Virus record (IMG/VR): IMGVR_UViG_3300035698_005334
Reading direction: 5' to 3' (one strand)
Length of the DNA stretch: 64,000 nucleotides
Source of the DNA: an uncultured virus (IMG/VR IMGVR_UViG_3300035698_005334)
Lineage: Duplodnaviria > Heunggongvirae > Uroviricota > Caudoviricetes
Each line of letters starts with the position of its first letter. The stretch's first letter is position 1. Positions 9,249-16,678 of this stretch are shown in pieces. The notes beneath the pieces are model-generated. The model saw only the letters and a program-made list of their open reading frames with translations, ran no database searches and had not been told where the DNA came from. A program made the translations under genes and the position numbers.

Positions 9249-9313
9249 AAGCTCTCTCCTGATCCTGAATTAGATACAGGAGAGAGCTTACGTTACTTAT
9301 TGGACAGAGACAA
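9248..9313 (-). promoter_or_regulatory. Sigma70-like promoter overlapping an RBS-sequestering hairpin
   Basis: TTGTCT(9313-9308)-N17-TAAGCT(9290-9285); perfect 14-bp inverted repeat 9248-9261/9277-9290 covering AGGAG and the A of ATG. Confidence 0.7.
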
Positions 9314-9317
9314 GCGA

Positions 9318-10226
9318 CTAGGCCCCTTCTGACCCGAGAACCCCCCGAGGATCTGTCCAACCGAACACGTACCGTTCACGAGCGCGATAACGCATGTTCC
9401 CTGTTTCGAAGTCGCCTTCGACTTTCCGGGTGATCTTCCGGCGAACCATGTGCTTCAGGCCGTCGGGTACATCCGTAAGGAGGTAATATGCGTTCACATC
9501 AGTCAGGTAATGATTGACCTTTGCGCCGCCCGGAATGTCGTTCATGTCATTCAGAGCGTTGATGTCGTTATCGCCTGTTCCCGGGCGATACGTGGATCCA
9601 AGAACCCGGCGCGCGATGTACTTCAGATCCGACGGGATCACGAGGCACTTTGCGAGACAAGCGATATTGAGACCGCGTTCGTCCGTGAACTTCGACATTT
9701 GAATGCTGAGAGCTTCGAGCGAAGCTTCATGCAAATCAGCCGGAGTCGATAACGTGTTGCTGAACGTGCCACCACCACCGAGCGGATGCGCGGTATTCAG
9801 AAGCGATACGCCGTCGCCGCCCAAGTAGGAGGAATTCACGGAGTTATTCAGCAGGTTCGCACCCTTGACGTTCTTCGAGTGGTGCATCGAACGGGCGAGT
9901 GCCTTGGCGTACTTACCGCCTAGAGAGCCGTAGAGACCGTCTTCCTCGGCTTCTTCCGTAATGGAGAAAGCGAGAGCGACAGTTTCGTGCGTGTAGTTGG
10001 ACGCCCACAGTTCTTCACCGCTGTCGTATGCGACGCCAGCACCTTCCGATTTTACCGGAGCGGCACCGAAGCCCGAAAGCAACGAATCCTGTTCAGACGC
10101 TTTGTGTGATGTCTCGACAGAGACGTGTGCCCGCCACTCTTCACGGTATCGCTTATATTCGAGACCGAAATTAGTGTTGAGGCCCTCTTGGAGTTGCCGC
10201 TTAAACTTGGCGCGATTCATAGCCAT
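9318..10226 (-). CDS. Major capsid protein
   Basis: MAMNRA...GLNTNFGLEY, HETVALAFSITEEA, GDFETGNMRYRARERYVFGWTDPRG motifs; size and position fit. Confidence 0.9.
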   Translation of the reverse strand: MAMNRAKFKRQLQEGLNTNFGLEYKRYREEWRAHVSVETSHKASEQDSLLSGFGAAPVKSEGAGVAYDSGEELWASNYTHETVALAFSITEEAEEDGLYGSLGGKYAKALARSMHHSKNVKGANLLNNSVNSSYLGGDGVSLLNTAHPLGGGGTFSNTLSTPADLHEASLEALSIQMSKFTDERGLNIACLAKCLVIPSDLKYIARRVLGSTYRPGTGDNDINALNDMNDIPGGAKVNHYLTDVNAYYLLTDVPDGLKHMVRRKITRKVEGDFETGNMRYRARERYVFGWTDPRGVLGSEGA

Positions 10227-10240
10227 GTCAGCAGTCCTCC

Positions 10241-10822
10241 CTACACGCCCGGGGTGGCCGAATCGGCCCCGGTCAGTTCATGTTCGTAAATCTGAACGAT
10301 CAGATTCACATTATCTCCCCACGCATTGTCAGGACTGTTGTCCTTATCAATGATGCGAAGCTGGGCGGTGCCCGTCCCGATACCCGATGTATCCAGTTCC
10401 ATACGGGACTGTTCCATCGTGGTGTTCCCGGCAGTTGCGACAATGTCCGCAAGATTGCCGCGATCGACCTCAAGAATGCCGGTAGCATCCGTATCGGCCT
10501 GGATCAGAAACAACGAGTTTGGATCGCAAGCGACCGAAGCATACCGCTCCGTTGCGCCAGCCGTAGAGGCGGGCCAACGTTTGGAGAACACTTGCTCGCC
10601 TGACGAGTTGATGTAGCGGCAACCACGGAAAACGCCCAAAAGGCGCTCGGTGGCTGCTGCAAGATTGATGCCGCCAGTAGATACTTGAACGACGAAGTCG
10701 CCATCAAGCAGTTCCTCGGCATAAGCGTCCGCGATGGGATATTCGATAATACCCCGGTTTGGATCCCCCCCGGACAGGTGTCCGTAAGGGCGGGCCCCTC
10801 GGGGCTCGTCTCGATTTGGCAT
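10241..10822 (-). CDS. Capsid decoration/stabilising protein
   Basis: MPNRDEPRGARP, LGVFRGCRY, DPNSLFLIQAD; immediately upstream of the MCP. Confidence 0.7.
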   Translation of the reverse strand: MPNRDEPRGARPYGHLSGGDPNRGIIEYPIADAYAEELLDGDFVVQVSTGGINLAAATERLLGVFRGCRYINSSGEQVFSKRWPASTAGATERYASVACDPNSLFLIQADTDATGILEVDRGNLADIVATAGNTTMEQSRMELDTSGIGTGTAQLRIIDKDNSPDNAWGDNVNLIVQIYEHELTGADSATPGV

Positions 10823-10866
10823 TTAGTTACTCTCCATCATGACGTTAAAGGATGGAGCTAGACCGC

Positions 10867-11475
10867 CTAAAGCCCGTCGTTATCAAAATCAGAAGCAGGC
10901 TCCACGGCGCGTCTGCCCCGCGTAGTTCGAGATCGATTGACTGTTCGGATGGGAATTCCGCCTTCACGAGCCGTTTGGTCGATGGCAGCTTGAACCCCGT
11001 CGGTTTGTCTTGCGGTTGCGCGATCTTTGGCTTTGCGGAAGTTTTTACTGATTTGAGAGGGCCGTTCGCAAAGAATCAGCCCATTCCGCTCGATGATCCC
11101 GAAGCCTAAGTTCACGTCGTCAACGCGCAAGGTGTCGTACCCCTTGACCGTATTTGCTGGTCGCGGAGCCCAACCTTGAGCCATCTGTGTCGTGTACGTC
11201 GGCATCGCTGTTGCGGAATCGCCCATAACCTTGCGAGCGATCCAGCGTTGCATCATCCCCGGCTGTGCTTCCGGGGCCTTCAGATGATCCGGCCGCGCCG
11301 AATAGTCGATGTCCTCGAAGCCGTGAACCGGATCGCTATCTCGCAATTCCTGAACACGGGTCAATCGCGTCTGTTCGCCACCGTTCGGTTCGCCACGATC
11401 CCTACGTTGGGGTGCGACTAATGTATCGGCGATGACGGCCCCTCGCGTGTCGGCCTGTCCTGTCTGATTTGACAT
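10867..11475 (-). CDS. Conserved head-module hypothetical protein
   Basis: PGMMQRWI...QGWAP...GLILCERP; between scaffold and decoration genes. Confidence 0.7.
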   Translation of the reverse strand: MSNQTGQADTRGAVIADTLVAPQRRDRGEPNGGEQTRLTRVQELRDSDPVHGFEDIDYSARPDHLKAPEAQPGMMQRWIARKVMGDSATAMPTYTTQMAQGWAPRPANTVKGYDTLRVDDVNLGFGIIERNGLILCERPSQISKNFRKAKDRATARQTDGVQAAIDQTAREGGIPIRTVNRSRTTRGRRAVEPASDFDNDGL

Positions 11476-11489
11476 AATTTAGTACCTTC

Positions 11490-12533
11490 CTACGCCTCGT
11501 CGCGCTGTTGCGCCCTGATAGTATTCCGCCGTTGCTTGAGAAATTCTTTCAGGTGATCGGCGTTATTGGGGTCAAGGCCGAATGTTCGCATTTGCTGGCG
11601 ATCCGCCCTGGTTAGCTTTATGCGATCGGGATTTTGTCTGCGCGACGATCGTTCGCGCGTCGACGATGCCACTGTCGTTGTTTTCTTCCGTTCGAGGCGA
11701 TTGCGCCGTCCGGCTGGCTCAACTCCCCCAAGCTTTGCGACCTTGGGAAAGTTCTCCAAGAGAGCCTGATCCAGCTTCTCGAAGTATTCGGGCGAGTACT
11801 TGTCCAGTCCGGCCTTCGCCATCTTGGAGTCCAAACCCATCATGAACCCTTGCACGCCTTGGTGCTCCGGGTCCGACCACCACGACTCGTGTTTTGCGAG
11901 CCATGCGGCGGCGTTTGGGTTTACCCCGCTCGCCGGTTTGGCGTTTGGTGCGGGCATTTGATCCTTGGCGGCTCGCGCCTGACGAAGGTTCAGCTTTGCG
12001 TCCATAAGCTGATCGTTAATTGCGGCCTGTCTCGTTGTGTCTCCGGCCTCCGCAGCAACGATATACTCGGCGTTTAGATCGACTTCCTGCGATTCGTAAG
12101 TCATTACCGCGTTGTCGATCTGCTGCATCTGTTGTTGTCGTAATTGGTTCTCAAAGTTGTCGGCCCGATCTTGCTGGGCACGAGCAGCCGCCTCGGCGGC
12201 TTTGGTCTTGGAGACCTCTTTGTTGATGCGCTTGCTTACGCGCTGGCTGTATTTTTCCTCGCCGTCGTCGTCGTCGTCCCTGCCCTTGGCGGCAATGGGA
12301 TCCACATCCTCATCGTCCTCGAAGGGTGAATCGTCGCTGAGATCAGGTTCGCCAACGTCTCCGGCGTCTTCCTCGTGGTAGGCTTTCTGCTCGGCCTCAC
12401 GGGTTTCAGAGCGGACAAGATTATCCTCCTCCTCGTCCGTATCGAACGGTGAATCGTCGTCTTCTTGATCGGGATCCTCACCGGCATGAATTAGGCCGTC
12501 TTCTTCGTCTTCAAAGTCATCATCAGGTGGCAT
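11490..12533 (-). CDS. Putative capsid scaffolding protein
   Basis: Acidic N-terminus, coiled coil (YSQRVSKRINK), AAAWLAKHESWW motif; upstream of the MCP. Confidence 0.75.
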   Translation of the reverse strand: MPPDDDFEDEEDGLIHAGEDPDQEDDDSPFDTDEEEDNLVRSETREAEQKAYHEEDAGDVGEPDLSDDSPFEDDEDVDPIAAKGRDDDDDGEEKYSQRVSKRINKEVSKTKAAEAAARAQQDRADNFENQLRQQQMQQIDNAVMTYESQEVDLNAEYIVAAEAGDTTRQAAINDQLMDAKLNLRQARAAKDQMPAPNAKPASGVNPNAAAWLAKHESWWSDPEHQGVQGFMMGLDSKMAKAGLDKYSPEYFEKLDQALLENFPKVAKLGGVEPAGRRNRLERKKTTTVASSTRERSSRRQNPDRIKLTRADRQQMRTFGLDPNNADHLKEFLKQRRNTIRAQQRDEA

Positions 12534-12603
12534 GGACGTCTCTCCATGGTCGCGCCCGCGAGTGCCCCGGGCAACGTTTGCAAGAACAGGCGGGCAACGC
12601 CTG

Positions 12604-12720
12604 TTAGTAGGTTTTCGGCTGTGCCTTCGTTTTCACCGGACGCTTGTGCGCGCGGCGAGGCGGGGCCTTCTTCTTCTTCCCGTTAGGCTTGATTGATCGG
12701 GCAACGCTCGCCCGGTTCAT
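12604..12720 (-). CDS. Small basic protein (38 aa)
   Basis: Manual translation MNRASVARSIKPNGKKKKAPPRRAHKRPVKTKAQPKTY; TGATG coupling with GroES; followed by hairpin 12585-12605. Confidence 0.55.
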   Translation of the reverse strand: MNRASVARSIKPNGKKKKAPPRRAHKRPVKTKAQPKTY

Positions 12721-13130
12721 CAGACGTAAACCTTCAAAATACTGGGATCCGGCAGAACGGCCTTTACGTGATCGTCATCGATCATCCGAAAGGTCCGGTC
12801 TCCGATCATGAGCTGCTGCCCCGCGTGCTGACCGATGACAACCCAGTCACCCTCTTTGCACCAGGGTTTGGTATCGCCAAACTTCGAGTGCCGGTAAGCC
12901 TGTTCGCCAACCTTCACGACAAGGCCGGTGAACTGGAGGTAGTTCTGAGCATCGAGCACGTTATCGGAAAAGATGATTCCGCCTTCGGACTCGGTTTTCG
13001 GTCGCGCCATCTCGATCAAAATTGCCCAGCCTTTCGGCTCCGGCAGCTTGGCGTATGGAACGTGTTCTTTGGAAGTGCTGACCGAGATCCTCGAAAGGTC
13101 CGGCAGGGTCTTGAGATTAGGTTTTGTCAC
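12720..13130 (-). CDS. groES: Co-chaperonin GroES (Cpn10)-like
   Basis: PKGWAILIE...KTESEGGII...GLVVKVGEQAY...PWCKEGDWVV...FRMIDDDHVKAV. Confidence 0.9.
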   Translation of the reverse strand: MTKPNLKTLPDLSRISVSTSKEHVPYAKLPEPKGWAILIEMARPKTESEGGIIFSDNVLDAQNYLQFTGLVVKVGEQAYRHSKFGDTKPWCKEGDWVVIGQHAGQQLMIGDRTFRMIDDDHVKAVLPDPSILKVYV

Positions 13131-13143
13131 GGGTCGTCTCCTA

Positions 13144-13371
13144 TTAGTCGTCGTCGTCGTCTAGTTCGTCGTCTTCGAGAATGGGATCTCCGTATTCTCG
13201 TTCGTGGATTGATTGGATTTCGGCGATCGCATCGCGGTATCCCTTGATGACACCGCACCGGAATTTGTACTCGGCGAAGTCTTTGGCGTTTCCAGTGCCA
13301 AGGGTGTCTTCATTTTCATGGATCTTCTTTCGAAGGGTTCGCGCCATGAATGAGAAAAGATTTTCGGACAT
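13144..13371 (-). CDS. Hypothetical protein
   Basis: LGTGNAKDFAEYKFRCGVIKG, a small gene typically found between portal and GroES. Confidence 0.7.
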   Translation of the reverse strand: MSENLFSFMARTLRKKIHENEDTLGTGNAKDFAEYKFRCGVIKGYRDAIAEIQSIHEREYGDPILEDDELDDDDD

Positions 13372-13574
13372 CAGCTAACGGCTTTCTCAGTCTCTTGCGT
13401 CATCCCACGGCCTTGACCGTCGGAGAGCATGTCGGCCAAAGCCGACAGTGTTGCGGATAGACCCAGACCCATTTCGTCCGCGGACTCTGCTAATCGGCGC
13501 GCAGATATCCCCTTCCCCGAAAGCCCCTTTTCTTTAAGGAACTTCGCGGCCGCTACGACAGCGTCTTCGGTCAT
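13371..13574 (-). CDS. Hypothetical protein
   Basis: 67-aa ORF coupled to the portal stop. Confidence 0.6.
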   Translation of the reverse strand: MTEDAVVAAAKFLKEKGLSGKGISARRLAESADEMGLGLSATLSALADMLSDGQGRGMTQETEKAVS

Positions 13575-16129
13575 TTTTTAGGTTTCGGCTTGGCGCGAAC
13601 GGGTGGTCTCGGTTTTTGACGTTCGATGTCTTCAGCCTGCTTGGCCTTCCGCGCATTCCAATGCAGATCGTTCGCATTCTTGGTGTCGGTTGCGGCCGCG
13701 TCGATATTGGCCTGCGCGTTCTTGCGTAGAATGTCGGCTTGAGCTTCGCGATCCTCACGGTCGGAATCACGAACCGAACCCGCGTCTTGCCGGGCGATCT
13801 CGCGTTGCGCTTCTTGATCTTCGCGATCCGCGCCGCTCTTGGACTCCGCGTCCTTCCGCTGAATATCTGCCTTGGACAGCATGGCCTTGCGCTGCACCTC
13901 GCCCTTGGCCTTGATGACGTCCGGGTTTTCTGGCGGAGGCTTCGGAAGCGCGGTCGCCGGTAGTTTCAAGATCGCCATAGCCGCCATCTCGGCAATCTGG
14001 TTTTCGACCTCTGGCGGGACTTCGGATCCGTTTTCGTGACGTACCGGCCCGCGACCTGACATCTTCGGCGGCGGCGGCAGTTCGATACCCATGGTTTGCA
14101 TGACCGTGAGGCGGTACTGGTAAGCGAGATGCTCGCCAACGTGCGCCATGTAAAGCCCTTCCAGCTTCTTCTGGGCAGGCGGGGGCAGGGTCTTAAACCA
14201 GTGCTCGTGAACAGCCAAATGCGCTTTGTGGTTCTGGTCGATGACAGCGTTTACGGGCTTGCCGTGCAGCATCGCCATTGCTTCTTGGATGGGATCCATT
14301 CGAACGATCGCACTCGGATCGATCAGAACCGTTTCGTACTCGCCGATTTCCAAAGCCTGATACATGCGCTTGTAGGCTTCGTATTCGTTGTGCATGTGTG
14401 GCGCTTCTTTCGCCAACTGCAACCCGGCCTGGGCCTGGGCGATACGCTGCGTTGCCGAGAAGATGTTCGGATCCGAAACCGGGATAACGCCGACCATGTC
14501 GAAGTCGCCGGGCTTAATGAACCGGCTCGCACCAGCAACGTTGTATTCTTCCTGACCGTCGAGATGCTCTTGGTTTAGCTCTGCCATCAGGCGGAACTCT
14601 TCTCCGCACGCCCGATGTAGGCGTTTGTGGATCGAGGAGAAGATCTTCGAGCCCTGTTCGATCAGAGCAAGCGTGGTGCCGACGGGGCCCTTGTTGTCCC
14701 CGTCCCCGACCATCGCATCGGCCGTCGTCGCAAATCGCTGTGCCGTCTCGACCAGTAAGCCGAGAAGCTGGTACATGACGCCGGACGGCTCACCGTATGG
14801 CGGTTTGTAGAACCCCTTCGCAAGATCGTCGCCGGTGGCGTCAACCTCAATCCAATGGCCCGGCGTGATCTGGTTTTCTCCACCGGGCACGCGGGCATCC
14901 CTTGACCGGAACCCGCCTTGAAGGTTGGAGAATTGCGCAGCATCGAGAAGGGATCGGAGCGAGCCGGTCGCGGCCTTGCTCAATCCACCGATCATGTGCA
15001 GCAGCCCGTACCCGTAGAACCCGAGTCCTGGCAAATATTTGAAGTGCTGGAACCAAATGCGTTTGCGGCGTCCTTCATCGTCTTCCGCCCAGTTACGGCG
15101 AATGGAAAGGACGCGCTCCGACTCTTTCTCGATTGTGATGACGTAAGGGAGACCAATATCCGTAGGTTCTCCCTCTTCGTCGATATCTTCGAACCCGACC
15201 AGATCATAATCGAGATGGCATTCGTACAGCGTATAAACGTCGTCGCTCTCGACCATCGGATCAGACCGGCCCTCGGCGCGGTCGATCTCATCATCAAGAT
15301 CGTCAGATTCGACTTGCGGCCGGGTCGTCAGATCAATCTTTGAATACTGACCATTGCGCATCAGCTTCTTGAGGTCGTTAGACTGCTTCGCGATCTTGTG
15401 GGTGTAGCGCGGAGCCGTCATCAGGTTGGAAGCGGAGTAGGGAACGATCAGCTCTTCCGCCGTAACGAACGCGGTGGTGTTCCTACCCAAGCTCGTGTCG
15501 AAGTAGGTTTTCTTGAACGCGGACCCGGATATCGGCAGATAGAACAACAGCGTGTCCATCTCCCAGAACGCTTCCGGCATTTGGACCGTGTATTGATAAT
15601 TCATGTAGTCTTCGACGCGCGCACGGGCATCGTTCACGCCCGGATTTTGCAAGCCGACAACGTTCGCTTTAACCGGACCCTTGGGCGGAAAGAGTTCCTT
15701 GATGGCGCGGGCCTGGAACTGAACGACAGCTTCAGCCAACACCGGATGGGTCACACGGGACGCACCAGGGAAGGGTTCGTTTGTTTTGGTTTCTTCGGCA
15801 ACGCCCATATCGCGCATACCGTCTCGCATCCGAGTAATCCAGTCGCTTCGGGATTCCTCGTCGAGCTTGATCCATTCGACGATTTCAGACGCAATCCCCG
15901 ACAGTTCGCTTTCCGTGAGATGTTCCGCAAGGTTTGCGCTGTGTGAGGTGTCCAAGTCCGGGCCTTCCCCCGCGAACGCACCGCCGCCATTAAAGTCGAC
16001 GATCTTGTCGCCCGTTTCCGGGTCAGTCTCCATCGACACGCCATCGCCTAGATCGACGATATCGCCTTCGTCCCCCTCGTCGTCATAAACGAGTTCGTAT
16101 TCTTCGTCGTCAAAGTCGATGTCACTCAT
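13571..16129 (-). CDS. Portal protein
   Basis: PFPGASRVTHPVLAEAVVQFQA, SGSAFKKTYFD, PGLGFYGYGL, PVGTTLALIEQG; follows TerL. Confidence 0.9.
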   Translation of the reverse strand: MSDIDFDDEEYELVYDDEGDEGDIVDLGDGVSMETDPETGDKIVDFNGGGAFAGEGPDLDTSHSANLAEHLTESELSGIASEIVEWIKLDEESRSDWITRMRDGMRDMGVAEETKTNEPFPGASRVTHPVLAEAVVQFQARAIKELFPPKGPVKANVVGLQNPGVNDARARVEDYMNYQYTVQMPEAFWEMDTLLFYLPISGSAFKKTYFDTSLGRNTTAFVTAEELIVPYSASNLMTAPRYTHKIAKQSNDLKKLMRNGQYSKIDLTTRPQVESDDLDDEIDRAEGRSDPMVESDDVYTLYECHLDYDLVGFEDIDEEGEPTDIGLPYVITIEKESERVLSIRRNWAEDDEGRRKRIWFQHFKYLPGLGFYGYGLLHMIGGLSKAATGSLRSLLDAAQFSNLQGGFRSRDARVPGGENQITPGHWIEVDATGDDLAKGFYKPPYGEPSGVMYQLLGLLVETAQRFATTADAMVGDGDNKGPVGTTLALIEQGSKIFSSIHKRLHRACGEEFRLMAELNQEHLDGQEEYNVAGASRFIKPGDFDMVGVIPVSDPNIFSATQRIAQAQAGLQLAKEAPHMHNEYEAYKRMYQALEIGEYETVLIDPSAIVRMDPIQEAMAMLHGKPVNAVIDQNHKAHLAVHEHWFKTLPPPAQKKLEGLYMAHVGEHLAYQYRLTVMQTMGIELPPPPKMSGRGPVRHENGSEVPPEVENQIAEMAAMAILKLPATALPKPPPENPDVIKAKGEVQRKAMLSKADIQRKDAESKSGADREDQEAQREIARQDAGSVRDSDREDREAQADILRKNAQANIDAAATDTKNANDLHWNARKAKQAEDIERQKPRPPVRAKPKPKK

Positions 16130-16461
16130 GCACCATCGTCCTGGGGGGGTGGGTCGAGAATTTCGTAATTATCAAGCCTGTTGAGCTTGCGCTGCACGGC
16201 ATGTTTCGCACGCCCAGGCAGGGTGTCGATGTCAACGGTTCCATCAACCGACCAACAGACGGATTCGTTCCCTTTATTGTCCCATGCCATCAAAATGAAC
16301 TCATCGCACGACTTATGACGAGTCACTAATCGCACCGCGTTTCGAAGGCCTTCGCTCGCTTGGTGCCGACGCCGTTGGTCCCTGGTGTTGCGGTGGACCG
16401 ACAGTGAGGCGACATTCTTGGATTTTGTCAAAGCTGTTTCTGAGCGTCCGCAGCCGCGCAA
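16126..16461 (-). CDS. Hypothetical protein
   Basis: ORF overlapping the portal start (ATGA); start uncertain. Confidence 0.55.
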   Translation of the reverse strand: MRGCGRSETALTKSKNVASLSVHRNTRDQRRRHQASEGLRNAVRLVTRHKSCDEFILMAWDNKGNESVCWSVDGTVDIDTLPGRAKHAVQRKLNRLDNYEILDPPPQDDGA

Positions 16462-16667
16462 ATGACGATGTTAACCAGACTGCCGGTTCGGCCTTCCAGG
16501 CGCATACGCTCCGCTGTGCCTTCGAGCGTTTCGCCGGTCGCCATCTGAATGCCATGGTCAACGGACGAGATGAACGTCTTGAGCGCCGTGTCTGCTTTGT
16601 CAGCCCCGTTGCGCTTCGGCGCTGCGGGTGCTGCGGTCTTTTTCGGCGCTGAGGGTTTTTTAGCCAT
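16428..16667 (-). CDS. Hypothetical protein
   Basis: 79 aa with RBS AGGAG after TerL. Confidence 0.6.
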   Translation of the reverse strand: MAKKPSAPKKTAAPAAPKRNGADKADTALKTFISSVDHGIQMATGETLEGTAERMRLEGRTGSLVNIVICAAADAQKQL

Positions 16668-16678
16668 GGTTTGGACTC

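Noticed and set aside
8336..9317. Group I intron around the EndoVII gene
   Set aside because: The capsid gene ends intact with a stop before the insert, and flanks of about 70 and 125 nt are too short for a ribozyme core
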